The translations under genes were made by a program, and so were the position numbers. DNA of 64,000 nt, taken from assembly GCA_049643885.1 (NCBI GenBank), contig JBARQV010000027.1, forward strand, positions 3,294 through 67,293, in the 5' to 3' direction. Numbering within the stretch: position 1 is the stretch's first letter; each line of letters opens with the position of its first letter. The notes under the pieces are model-generated. The model searched no databases. It was not told the origin of the DNA and was given only the letters and a program-made list of their open reading frames with translations. This document shows, piece by piece, positions 8,887-16,998 of the stretch. Source of the stretch: Candidatus Omnitrophota bacterium (GTDB taxonomy: Bacteria; Omnitrophota; Gorgyraeia; Tantalellales; Tantalellaceae).

Positions 8887-9978
8887 ATGAAGAAGGTACG
8901 CTTAGACCTTGCCGGAAGAAGCTATAATATCCTGATCGGTTCCGGGACAGCCGCTGAGTTGCCCCGCCAGATCCATTCTATGGCTTTTCATGGTCCGGTC
9001 GTGATCATTACTGATAAAATAGTCATGTCTAAGACGAACCGGGTTGTAGCGCCGGTCTTCAAGACCATCGAAAATGAGGTCATACGTGTTGTTGTGCCGG
9101 GCGGTGAAAGATCAAAGTCCATAGAAGTTTTTCAGGATACTATCCATGAAATATGCAAGAAGACAAAAAAACACCACCCTTTAGTGGTCGCGCTTGGCGG
9201 AGGCGTGGTAGGCGATCTTGGGGGATTTGTCGCAGCGACTTATAGGAGGGGAGTGCCGCTCATACATCTGCCCACTACGCTCTTGGCGCAGGTTGATTCC
9301 GCCATAGGTGGGAAAGTAGGCGTAGACCTCCCGGAGGCAAAGAACCTTGTCGGTGCGTTCTATCAGCCGAAGGCAGTATTGATCGATACTGATTTTCTGC
9401 ATTCGCTCCCCCGCAGGCAGATAAAAAACGGCATGGCCGAGATAATCAAATACGCCATCATAAAAAGCCGGCCGCTTTTTGAGTTTCTTGAAGATAATAT
9501 GGAAAAAGTCCTGCAGCTGAAAAAACGGGCCATTGAAAGGGTGATCCATGAATGCGTGGCCATCAAGGCGCGGGTCGTTGAAAAGGACGAGCTGGACAGG
9601 AAAGACGTCAGGATCGCTCTCAACTTCGGCCACACCCTGGGACACGCGATAGAAGCGGCTTCCGGATATTCGGAATCGTACAATCACGGGGAAGCCGTGG
9701 CCTTGGGTATGATCCTGGCCGGAGCGATGGCTTTCCGCCTGGACATGCTGAAGGAGAAAGACCTCGAGAGGATAAAAGATCTGATCAAAAGCGCCGGCCT
9801 TCCGGTGAAGATCCGGGGCGTCACGGTAAGGGACATCATGAACACACACGTTTACGACAAAAAATTCGTCACCGGGTCCAATCGTTTTGTCCTGCCGAAG
9901 AGGATAGGTTCGGTAGAAGTCGTCGAAGGGATCCCGGAGCTTTTGGTAAAGACCGTGCTTAAGAATCATGTCGAGTAA
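8887..9978 (+). CDS. aroB: 3-dehydroquinate synthase
   Basis: Contains GGGVVGDLGGFVAATYRRGVPLIHLPTTLLAQVDSAIGGKVGVDL and the HTLGHAIE metal-binding motifs. An in-frame alternative start lies at 8848. Confidence 0.85.
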   Translation: MKKVRLDLAGRSYNILIGSGTAAELPRQIHSMAFHGPVVIITDKIVMSKTNRVVAPVFKTIENEVIRVVVPGGERSKSIEVFQDTIHEICKKTKKHHPLVVALGGGVVGDLGGFVAATYRRGVPLIHLPTTLLAQVDSAIGGKVGVDLPEAKNLVGAFYQPKAVLIDTDFLHSLPRRQIKNGMAEIIKYAIIKSRPLFEFLEDNMEKVLQLKKRAIERVIHECVAIKARVVEKDELDRKDVRIALNFGHTLGHAIEAASGYSESYNHGEAVALGMILAGAMAFRLDMLKEKDLERIKDLIKSAGLPVKIRGVTVRDIMNTHVYDKKFVTGSNRFVLPKRIGSVEVVEGIPELLVKTVLKNHVE

Positions 9979-10438
9979 GAACGTATCCACGCTGCGGGTT
10001 TCATCTGCCCGAAAAGTCCAGTTCATAGATATCACTTCCGATATTTCTGATTTTGTCCGGAAAAGCGGCGTGGCCGACGGTATTTGTTTCATACACGTGC
10101 CGCACACCACGGCCGGTGTTACTATAAATGAAAATGCCGATCCCGATGTGGTCGCGGACATGATCACGGCGCTTGAACATATCGTGCCGTCACATCGCGG
10201 CTATCTGCACGCAGAAGGAAATTCGCCGGCTCATGTCAAATCATCGCTTATCGGATGTTCCGAAAAGATATTCGTAAGCGCCGGCAAGCTTCTTCTTGGG
10301 ACTTGGCAGGGAATATATTTCTGCGAATTTGATGGACCCAGATCACGAAAGGCCCACCTAAAGATTGTGGAAGGTAGAAATATGTCATCCCGGACCCGCC
10401 GAAGGCGGGATCCGGGAACAAATAAGATTATTATGTGA
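9968..10438 (+). CDS. YjbQ/UPF0047-family protein (secondary thiamine-phosphate synthase-like), with an atypical 18-aa C-terminal tail encoded by a repeat element
   Basis: The core matches UPF0047 (ITSDISDFVRKSG...HTTAGVTINENADPDV...GTWQGIYFCEFDGPR). The paralog at 15462 ends ...QIIGE, whereas this ORF runs on through the 10382-10463 element. Confidence 0.8.
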   Translation: MSSKNVSTLRVSSARKVQFIDITSDISDFVRKSGVADGICFIHVPHTTAGVTINENADPDVVADMITALEHIVPSHRGYLHAEGNSPAHVKSSLIGCSEKIFVSAGKLLLGTWQGIYFCEFDGPRSRKAHLKIVEGRNMSSRTRRRRDPGTNKIIM

Positions 10439-10463
10439 TCCCCGCTTTCGCGGGGATGACATA
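10382..10463. repeat. copy 1 of a hairpin-rich ~85-nt repeat element flanked by inverted repeats ATGTCATCCC...GGGATGACAT
   Basis: Matches 25818-25911 in its 5' ~65 nt: ATGTCATCCCGGA(C/T)CCGCCG(A/T)AGGCGG(G/A)ATCCGGGA(A/T)CAAATAA(G/A)A(T/A)TATTATGTGATCCC. It contains two internal hairpins. Confidence 0.6.
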
Positions 10464-10484
10464 TATTCCCTAACTAATAGTACA

Positions 10485-10886
10485 ATGAATACAGAAAAAA
10501 TCGAAATAAGAGCGAGATATCAGGAAACAGACCAGATGGGCGTAGTTTATTATTCTAATTACCTTGTCTGGTTCGAGATCGCTCGGACCGATTATTTCCG
10601 TAAAAGAGGAGTTGTATACAAAGAGTTAGAAGAAAGAGATAAAATATATCTTCCCGTGGTTGAGGCCTGCTGCAGGTACAGAGCGCCCATTAGATACGAT
10701 GATCTGGTTACGGTTGAAACCAAACTTACCGAAGCGAGCAAATCGCGGTTGACTTTTGAATATGAGGTAAAAAAAGAAGCGAAAGTTACGACTACAGGCT
10801 ACACCAAACACGTCTTTGTGAACGGCAGCGGAAAACCCATCCCCATACCGGAAAACATCAAATCCTCACTCGTCGGTCGTCGGTAG
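10485..10886 (+). CDS. acyl-CoA thioesterase, YbgC/4HBT (hot-dog fold) family
   Basis: The sequence EIRARYQETDQMGVVYYSNYLVWFEIARTDYF matches the 4-hydroxybenzoyl-CoA thioesterase family N-terminus. The true ATG is at 10485; the track ORF starts earlier, inside the repeat element. Confidence 0.8.
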   Translation: MNTEKIEIRARYQETDQMGVVYYSNYLVWFEIARTDYFRKRGVVYKELEERDKIYLPVVEACCRYRAPIRYDDLVTVETKLTEASKSRLTFEYEVKKEAKVTTTGYTKHVFVNGSGKPIPIPENIKSSLVGRR

Positions 10887-10911
10887 TCGTTCGTCGATCG
10901 TGATTCGTGGA
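10870..10911. repeat. heptanucleotide tandem tract (TCGTCGG x2, TAGTCGT, TCGTCGA, TCGTGAT, TCGTGGA)
   Basis: Six 7-nt units span the stop codon of the thioesterase gene. Confidence 0.5.
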
Positions 10912-10924
10912 GCATCTAGCTTTG

Positions 10925-10995
10925 CGAAAACAATAAAATCTTTCCCAACCAAATTTTTTGGAAATGGGACCCTTTGATCTTATTGTTTTCGCAAT
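10925..10995. terminator. long perfect hairpin (16-bp stem TTGCGAAAACAATAAA/TTATTGTTTTCGCAA) with an internal CCAAATTTTTTGG palindrome; candidate bidirectional terminator between convergent genes
   Basis: The inverted repeat can be read directly. It lies in the ~440-nt gap between the + strand thioesterase and the - strand GspB-like gene. Confidence 0.45.
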
Positions 10996-11323
10996 GCCGA
11001 TTCCACAGAACAATTAAGTGTTGTATGCAATGCAACGCGTAGTCAGGAAAGGGTAAATATCTATGACGGCGAATGTACGCCTGACGGACCATTACAAAAA
11101 TTTAGCTTTTCCGGGCATTTTAAGCTGAAGTTGTCAGGGCTATTAAACATGTGTAGGCATGGCAACTGTCCGAGCCCCGAGTATTCCTGTAACGAGGGGC
11201 GAGTTTTGTCATGTCAGCTTAAAATGTCCCGAAAAGCGTTAAGAATTTTTGTCGGGACGGAAGGCATGCATTCGCCGTTTTAGTCCTTTAACATATAAGC
11301 GACGAGGAAATTATGAAGATGAA

Positions 11324-11959
11324 TCAGCGGAGCTTGAGCTCGTGCTCTGCGCCGTTCGAAGTGACTATGATCTTGTTGGCAAGGATCTTCTTTATCGTGT
11401 ATCCCCTGACGGTCTCCCCTTCGCTGACCATGTTCCCGTCCACGATCGCCTGCGGGTAGCTGGGGGAATACATGATACCGCTTAGCGTGGGCATGCCTGA
11501 AGGATGATCTTGGCCGTAGTACGCTTCTTTTACAGCTGGGGGCGATTTTACTTCTTCCAGCGGTAATTCCGTGCTCGCGGCCTTTTTGGTCTTAAGGACG
11601 GGATTGGTTGAAGTGATCTCTTTCACGGTTCTTTCAGGTGCTCTTTTTGGGGATGGGATCGTTTTTCCCTGAGCTGGAGTTTTTAAGGAAGCTGTTTCTT
11701 TGGTGATTTCGGGGCCGGATGTTAAGAAGTAAGATAGGGCAAAACCGGAGGTAGCCAGTAGTATCACTCCCAGGACTATCGAAACAAGCCTGGAAGTTTT
11801 TCGGGTCTTTTGTTTTTTAGATTGTTCGGTCACCAGCATTTGAGCGAGCATTTGATCGGTGTTCATATCGGCAGAAGGTATGCCGGCGGGATTTTCCGTG
11901 GTATTTTTCTTTAAGCGGTAAGCCTGCGCTTTTTTCAATGCGTCGGATATTATACTCAT
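11324..11959 (-). CDS. membrane-anchored GspB/ExeB-like protein (partner of the ExeA-like ATPase)
   Basis: Single transmembrane segment (LVSIVLGVILLATSGFALSYFL), Pro/Lys-rich linker and conserved C-terminal ~60 aa. Its start overlaps the stop of the upstream ExeA-like gene. Confidence 0.4.
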   Translation of the reverse strand: MSIISDALKKAQAYRLKKNTTENPAGIPSADMNTDQMLAQMLVTEQSKKQKTRKTSRLVSIVLGVILLATSGFALSYFLTSGPEITKETASLKTPAQGKTIPSPKRAPERTVKEITSTNPVLKTKKAASTELPLEEVKSPPAVKEAYYGQDHPSGMPTLSGIMYSPSYPQAIVDGNMVSEGETVRGYTIKKILANKIIVTSNGAEHELKLR

Positions 11960-12786
11960 GTTTCTACAAAACTGAATTGACCTTCGAGTTCATCTATGCT
12001 TTTCTGCACTATGTTCTGGCCTATAAAATAGCTTTCCTGGACATATCCCAAAAGAAGGGACTTGTCGCATAAAACGTTGATCAGGCGGGGAATGCCTCTG
12101 GAATACGAATAGATGAGGCTGATCGCGTCGGGCGGAAACACGATCTTGTCGGGAGCACCCGCGATTTTAAGGCGATGCTCGATGTATTCGGGGACTTCGT
12201 TGTTTCCGAGGGCTTTTATATGGAAACGTATACTTATCCTTTGGCGGAGCTGCACGAGGTCCGGCGAATTAAGTTTGTCCTTTAACTGGGGCTGGCCGAC
12301 AAGGACTATTTGAAGAAGTTTTTCTTTCTCGGTTTCCAGATTGGAAAGCATCCTTATGGTTTCCAGGGTAGAAAATCTGAGATTCTGGGCTTCGTCTATG
12401 ATCAGGACGGCATTATTGCCTCTTGCCAGTTGTTCCAGGAGGAACCTGTTCAGTTCGCGCAGGAAAGCCACCTTGCTGCGGCGCTCGGGCGTAAGGCCGA
12501 AGTCTTCAACGATCGCTTCAAGAAGCTGCATTTCCGGGAGATTTGAGTTTAAGATGAGAGAAGTCTTTGTTCTTTCGTCAAACCTGTTGATAAGAGCCCG
12601 GCAAAGGGTGGTTTTACCTGCTCCGATCTCACCTGTTATCTCGAGGAAGCCTCTTCTTTGTTCGATGCCGTACTGGAGGTGATCGAGGGCCTCTTTATGA
12701 GTCCGGCTCAGGTAAAGAAAACTGGGATCGCTGGTGACGTTAAAAGGGTTTTCTTTTAATCCATAAAATTCATGGTACATAGCCAA
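11956..12786 (-). CDS. ExeA/GspA/MshM-like AAA ATPase
   Basis: Walker A motif GEIGAGKTT and Walker B motif LIIDEAQNL. The N-terminus LKENPFNVTSDPSFLYLS is typical of ExeA-family proteins. Confidence 0.7.
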   Translation of the reverse strand: MAMYHEFYGLKENPFNVTSDPSFLYLSRTHKEALDHLQYGIEQRRGFLEITGEIGAGKTTLCRALINRFDERTKTSLILNSNLPEMQLLEAIVEDFGLTPERRSKVAFLRELNRFLLEQLARGNNAVLIIDEAQNLRFSTLETIRMLSNLETEKEKLLQIVLVGQPQLKDKLNSPDLVQLRQRISIRFHIKALGNNEVPEYIEHRLKIAGAPDKIVFPPDAISLIYSYSRGIPRLINVLCDKSLLLGYVQESYFIGQNIVQKSIDELEGQFSFVET

Positions 12787-12837
12787 AACATCCTTTTCTT
12801 TATTATACTAATAAAAAATTAAAAATCAACATTAGAC

Positions 12838-12866
12838 TTGCATTTAAATTTTAGGTAGTGTATATT
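12838..12866 (+). promoter_or_regulatory. sigma70-like promoter (TTGCAT - 17 nt - TATATT)
   Basis: AT-rich divergent region between the exeA-like (-) and pilZ (+) genes. The -10 element lies 11 nt upstream of the ATG at 12878. Confidence 0.3.
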
Positions 12867-12877
12867 ATAGGGCAATT

Positions 12878-13246
12878 ATGATGTGGGAAGGCATAAACAA
12901 GAGAAGATTTCCCAGAGTAAATTACAAATGCCTCATACGGATATCAAAAGACCGCCAGCAAGAAGAGGTAATTGATACATATACCGAGAATATTGGCGCG
13001 GGAGGCATCTGTGTAACCCTTGATAGGGGATATGATCTTTTTGAGAAAGTAAGCCTTGAGATACACCTTGGCGGTGATGAGCCCGTTCATTGCAGCGGGG
13101 CGATAGTATGGGTGGTCAAGGGTCATCCTGTACATAAGTGGGAAAAACCTATGTATGACACCGGGATAGAATTCGTGGATATCAATGAAAATGACAGGGA
13201 AAGGATATCCCGGCTTGTAGATGAATTAATGAAGGCTGAAGCTTGA
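12878..13246 (+). CDS. PilZ-domain protein (c-di-GMP receptor)
   Basis: Contains RRFPRVNY...ENIGAGGICVTL, i.e. the RxxxR and D/NxSxxG PilZ motifs. Confidence 0.75.
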   Translation: MMWEGINKRRFPRVNYKCLIRISKDRQQEEVIDTYTENIGAGGICVTLDRGYDLFEKVSLEIHLGGDEPVHCSGAIVWVVKGHPVHKWEKPMYDTGIEFVDINENDRERISRLVDELMKAEA

Positions 13247-13262
13247 CAACAAAAAAGTCACG

Positions 13263-13298
13263 TGATATACTTCACGTGATATTATATAATGCGTATAA
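13263..13298. promoter_or_regulatory. tandem TCACGTGATAT direct repeat (two CACGTG palindromes) overlapping a TATAAT -10 box
   Basis: The sequence gTCACGTGATATacttCACGTGATATtatATAATg lies directly upstream of the 13323 gene. It looks like an operator. Confidence 0.35.
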
Positions 13299-13322
13299 AA
13301 TAGAAGGAGGTGAAGGAGTATC

Positions 13323-13649
13323 ATGAAAACAGTAAAATTCTTAATGGTATGCTTAGTTATCGTGGCCATGGTGGGTATAACCACTCAGTGTTATGCTCAG
13401 GATCCTGCTAAAAAGTTGGGCAGAGGTCTTGCTAATGTGCTGACAGGTTGGGTGGAACTTCCCAAGAACATCTACGATACAAGCGTGGAAGAAAATATCC
13501 TTTCTGGTCTTACGATGGGGCTGGCAAAAGGTGTAGGGATGACGATCGTCAGAACAGGTGCTGGCATCTATGAAACAGTGACGTTCCCGTTCCCGATACC
13601 CGAAGATTATCAGCCGGTTCTGGAACCTGAGTTTGTCTTCAGCGAATAA
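13323..13649 (+). CDS. small secreted protein with G-(R/F)-x-N-x3-GW-x-E-x-PK motif (possibly the exosortase-associated TIGR04073-like family)
   Basis: Signal peptide MKTVKFLMVCLVIVAMVGITTQCYA. Paralogous to 18898-19281. Strong ribosome-binding site AAGGAGG. Confidence 0.55.
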   Translation: MKTVKFLMVCLVIVAMVGITTQCYAQDPAKKLGRGLANVLTGWVELPKNIYDTSVEENILSGLTMGLAKGVGMTIVRTGAGIYETVTFPFPIPEDYQPVLEPEFVFSE

Positions 13650-13680
13650 TTTCAGCGATGTTTTAAGTGGAACGACAGAA

Positions 13681-13716
13681 AAAGGGAGCGATTGGAAGAT
13701 CGCTCCCTTTTTTGTT
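13681..13716 (+). terminator. intrinsic terminator (AAAGGGAGCGAT-TGGAA-GATCGCTCCCTTTTTTG)
   Basis: Perfect 12-bp GC-rich stem followed by a T-tract. Confidence 0.7.
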
Positions 13717-13738
13717 TTGTAATGAAAACGGAGGAAAG

Positions 13739-14158
13739 ATGACGCCGAGCGAAGAACAGAACAAAAAAGAGGAAGAGGCGAAAGAGGTCGCGAAGCCGGA
13801 AGCGAAAGAAGAGGCTCCGAAAGAAGAGGCCCCGAAAGAAGAGGCCCCGAAAGAAGAGGCCCCGAAAGAGGAGGCTCCGAAAGAAGAGGCCCCGAAGGAG
13901 GAGGCTCCGAAAGAAGAGGCCCCCAAAGGGCGTACTCCTAAAAGCACCAAACCGCATAAACCTACCGAGTGTGCCGGTTGTGACAAGCCGCTAAGAAAGA
14001 AGCTGTGGTATTACAGGAACGATGCTTTCTATTGCACAAAGGCCTGCTTCGTGCGCAAGAAGGAAGAAGAGCGTAAAAAGGCCGAAGAAGACAGGAAGAA
14101 GGCCGAAGAAGAGGCGAAAAAAGCTGCCGAAGAAGCAAAACCAAAAGAAGCAGCGTAA
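13739..14158 (+). CDS. repeat protein: (EEAPK)x8 acidic tract followed by a TRASH/YHS-like 4-Cys zinc ribbon and a K/E-rich tail
   Basis: The motif CAGCDKPLRKKLWYYRNDAFYCTKAC fits the C-x2-C...YYFC-x2-C TRASH/YHS pattern. GGAGGA ribosome-binding site 7 nt upstream of the ATG at 13739. Confidence 0.6.
   Translation: MTPSEEQNKKEEEAKEVAKPEAKEEAPKEEAPKEEAPKEEAPKEEAPKEEAPKEEAPKEEAPKGRTPKSTKPHKPTECAGCDKPLRKKLWYYRNDAFYCTKACFVRKKEEERKKAEEDRKKAEEEAKKAAEEAKPKEAA
13808..13927. repeat. eight near-identical 15-nt tandem repeats (GAAGAGGC(C/T)CCGAAA) encoding EEAPK
   Basis: Read directly. Only third-position C/T variation is seen between units. Confidence 0.9.
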
Positions 14159-14173
14159 GGCTCACCCTTAGCC

Positions 14174-14650
14174 ATGCCTAAAGGAATTCTCGTAAGCAGT
14201 TGTCTCATCGGGAAAAATTGTTCATATGACGGCGGGGCGCGCACCGATATAAAAGTGTTCGGGCTTTGTGAGCGTTTTGATTGTGTGGATACATGCCCGG
14301 AGCTTGAAGGCGGCTTGGGATGCCCCAGGGAGATACACGAGATATCCGGCGGAAATGGTGACGACGTTCTTGAGGGCAGGGCTCGGGTGATGTCCTTCTC
14401 AGGGGCGGACAGGACAGGAAACTTTATCGAAGGAGCTGAATCTGCCCTGAAAAAAGCGCTGGAAAATCAAATATCCGTCGCGATCATGAAGTCCAAGAGT
14501 CCTTCTTGCGGAAAATATAAAATCTATTCCGGCAAATTCGATAAAACCCTGCGCGATGGCTGCGGGGTGACAACTGCCCTCCTGTGTCGGAACGGAATAA
14601 AGGTTTTCACTGAAAAAGAGATCAAAGCGGTCAGAGAAGAACTCCGTTGA
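14174..14650 (+). CDS. DUF523-family protein (TudS-like Fe-S enzyme family)
   Basis: The N-terminal ILVSSCLIGKNCSYDGG motif and later SPSCG cysteine motif are characteristic of DUF523. Confidence 0.7.
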   Translation: MPKGILVSSCLIGKNCSYDGGARTDIKVFGLCERFDCVDTCPELEGGLGCPREIHEISGGNGDDVLEGRARVMSFSGADRTGNFIEGAESALKKALENQISVAIMKSKSPSCGKYKIYSGKFDKTLRDGCGVTTALLCRNGIKVFTEKEIKAVREELR

Positions 14651-14683
14651 AAATACGCACCTATATGTTATAATGACACTATT

Positions 14684-15031
14684 GTGAGTAATAATTGTCT
14701 GTTCTGCAAGATCGCTAACAAGGAAATAGATACCGACGTCGTTTATGAAGACGACGAGATCATGGCCTTCAAGGACATCAATCCCAAGGCGCCCATCCAT
14801 TTTCTTTTCATTCCCAAACGCCACGTATCTACGCTGAACAGCGCAGGAGAGGGAGATATTGATATCCTCGGTAAAATTTTGATAAAAATCAAGGAAGCAG
14901 CTAAAGAACATGGTATAGCCGAAGACGGCTACCGTGTTGTGATCAATTGCAACAAAAACGCGGGGCAGGAAGTATTTCACATCCATGCTCATCTTCTGGG
15001 TGGAAGGCCTTTTGCCTGGCCGCCGGGTTAG
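14684..15031 (+). CDS. HIT-family (histidine triad) nucleotide hydrolase
   Basis: CLFCKI N-terminus and HIHAHLLGG histidine-triad motif. GTG start. Confidence 0.85.
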   Translation: MSNNCLFCKIANKEIDTDVVYEDDEIMAFKDINPKAPIHFLFIPKRHVSTLNSAGEGDIDILGKILIKIKEAAKEHGIAEDGYRVVINCNKNAGQEVFHIHAHLLGGRPFAWPPG

Positions 15032-15032
15032 T

Positions 15033-15074
15033 GACAGACAACAGACATCAGCCTGAAGACTGAGGTCTGAAATA
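15033..15074. repeat. heptanucleotide tandem tract (GACAGAC AACAGAC ATCAGCC TGAAGAC TGAGGTC TGAAATA) ending at a start codon
   Basis: Six 7-nt units. It includes the CTGAAGACTGAGGTCTGA motif shared with 1574-1594. Confidence 0.5.
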
Positions 15075-15448
15075 TGGAGGAGAAGATGGCTGAAAAAAAG
15101 GAACGCAGAAAGTATCCCCGGGTAAAAGATGATAACATAGCTATTAAACTTTCCGGGGACGGTTTTGATACGATTACCCAAAGCCTTGACGTAAGCGCTT
15201 CCGGGATCTATTGCAAAGTAAGCAAGCATATACCCTTGATGACAAGAGTCCGGCTGGTCCTTACCTTGCCGGGCAAGAATTCGGATTCCGATCCTGATAC
15301 GATGGATGTGGAGGGTATTGTGGTAAGAGGACATCCTGTAATACAGAATGGGAGGGTTCATCACTACGACCTTGCGATATTTTTCGACTCCCTTTTGCCG
15401 CGGCACAGAAAAAAATTGATCCATTATATCGGCCAGAAGTCAAAATAG
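15074..15448 (+). CDS. PilZ-domain protein
   Basis: Contains RRKYPRV...DVSASGIYCKV. Confidence 0.7.
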   Translation: MEEKMAEKKERRKYPRVKDDNIAIKLSGDGFDTITQSLDVSASGIYCKVSKHIPLMTRVRLVLTLPGKNSDSDPDTMDVEGIVVRGHPVIQNGRVHHYDLAIFFDSLLPRHRKKLIHYIGQKSK

Positions 15449-15461
15449 TGCTGCCTTGAAA

Positions 15462-15878
15462 ATGGTAATCACAAAATACCTCTCGATAGATACCAAGGGA
15501 TTCACCGATGTCATCGATATCACTTCTGAATGCCAGGACTTCATAGATTCATCGGGCTTAAAAAACGGCACCATTACTGTGTTTAACCCCGGATCTACAG
15601 GCGGCCTGACCACCATCGAATACGAACCGAATCTGGTGAAAGATCTGAAAGATGCCCTTGAGATCATTGCGCCGTCAGACAAAGCCTATGCGCATGGCCG
15701 GACATGGCACGATGACAACGGGTCAAGTCATATTCGCTCGTCACTGATGGGGCCATCCATATCTGTACCGTTCGTAAAAGGTGAACTGACCCTGGGGACC
15801 TGGCAGCAGATCGTATTGTGTGACTTTGATACCAGGGGGCGAAGGCGCAAACTTGTGGTGCAGATCATCGGAGAATGA
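15462..15878 (+). CDS. YjbQ/UPF0047-family protein (second paralog)
   Basis: Same motifs as 9968-10438 (ITSE...GSTGGLTTIEYEP...GTWQQIVLCDFD). The ATG at 15462 is preferred over the TTG at 15456. Confidence 0.8.
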   Translation: MVITKYLSIDTKGFTDVIDITSECQDFIDSSGLKNGTITVFNPGSTGGLTTIEYEPNLVKDLKDALEIIAPSDKAYAHGRTWHDDNGSSHIRSSLMGPSISVPFVKGELTLGTWQQIVLCDFDTRGRRRKLVVQIIGE

Positions 15879-15880
15879 TA

Positions 15881-16422
15881 GAATGGGTGTTCCAGTAGAA
15901 CAAAAACCGGTCAAGTTGATAGCCAGCATAATATTCAAGGATGAAGGCGATCTGTATCAGGCGGAAAGAAGGCTAAGGACGCTGTTCGGCCCTTTTGAAT
16001 CTTTGGAAAAGTCGGCGCCGTTCGGTTATACGGATTATTACCGTGAAGAGATGGGGCACCCGCTGAAGCGTAAGCTTATATGTTTCAAGAACCTTATCGA
16101 TCCCGAGAAAATGTACAAGGTCAAACTAAGGACAAACCGGATCGAATACAAGATAAGTGCGGACAGGAAGAGAAAAGTAAATATAGATCCCGGGTATGTC
16201 ACTGAAGCAAAGCTTGTCCTTTTGACCACAAAAGATTATACTCACAGGATCTATATCAGGGGCCGGATATTCGCGGAAACAACGTTATCTTACCAAGACG
16301 GCGGATTCAAACCCTGGCCGTGGACTTATCCGGATTACGCTTCAAAAGAGCTCAGGGATTACTTTGAAAAAGTACGCGAGATCTACATAAATGATATAAA
16401 AGGGATAAGCGACAATGCATAA
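15881..16422 (+). CDS. DUF4416-family protein
   Basis: Contains VKLIASIIF...FGPFES...FGYTDYYREEMG...NIDPGYV...KLVLLTTKDYTHRIY. The ATG at 15881 is preferred. Confidence 0.6.
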
Positions 16423-16431
16423 GAGGCCAGC

Positions 16432-16998
16432 ATGTTATTAAGAGGCAAACATTTTCTTGTTATTTTTTTCTCTTCGCTGATAATCCTGATAGTCCTGATC
16501 TCGACGATCATAGGCTACATTCTTTATGTCGAGTGGAAAAACAGCAATTTTATCGCCAGGTATAATCGTTCTATATCGAAGCTTACCGCGGAGATGTTCA
16601 GGGATGAAATACTCATCTCCAATGTGAATATCGGGATCGAAAAAAACGGGCCCTTTTCCGGGATGCCTTTTATTGAAGGGGGATTGAAGAATAATTCTCC
16701 AAAAGCCATAACCGCCATTCTGCTGGAATTATCGTTTCTTGATCCGGCCGGGGCTGTTACATATAAAGTCTGGCTGCATCCGGTTGGGGATGAGAGGTTC
16801 CATACGTCCACCCTTGCGGGGGTGGAACATACCAGGAACGTCCTCTTACCGGGCGACAGCATTGCTTTCAGGCACATGCTTCGGAACTGTCCCCCGGAGA
16901 TCGTTGAGCAGTTTTCCTCAAAATCAAAGTTCGCGAAAAGCAGTTCAAAAGATAAGGTAAAACTTGAATATAAAATAACAGGCATGACGGTGTTATGA
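16432..16998 (+). CDS. hypothetical membrane-anchored protein
   Basis: N-terminal transmembrane helix. No recognisable domain. Confidence 0.4.
   Translation: MLLRGKHFLVIFFSSLIILIVLISTIIGYILYVEWKNSNFIARYNRSISKLTAEMFRDEILISNVNIGIEKNGPFSGMPFIEGGLKNNSPKAITAILLELSFLDPAGAVTYKVWLHPVGDERFHTSTLAGVEHTRNVLLPGDSIAFRHMLRNCPPEIVEQFSSKSKFAKSSSKDKVKLEYKITGMTVL

Noticed and set aside
9181-10167. 328-aa minus-strand ORF antisense to aroB
   Set aside because: It is antisense to a high-confidence aroB gene. The protein is Cys/His/Phe-rich without motifs.
13808-13927. Possible CRISPR array (regular short repeats)
   Set aside because: The repeats are 15 nt and contiguous with no spacers. They are in-frame within a coding sequence, and there are no cas genes nearby.
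13652-13986. Minus-strand ORFs with SSFGASSFGA... and RGLFFRGLFF... repeat translations
   Set aside because: These are mirror-frame translations of the in-frame (EEAPK)x8 nucleotide repeat of the + strand gene at 13739-14158. They have no independent start context.
14399-15424. 341-aa minus-strand ORF
   Set aside because: It overlaps three well-supported + strand genes (DUF523, HIT, PilZ). Its translation has no recognisable motifs and unusual composition.
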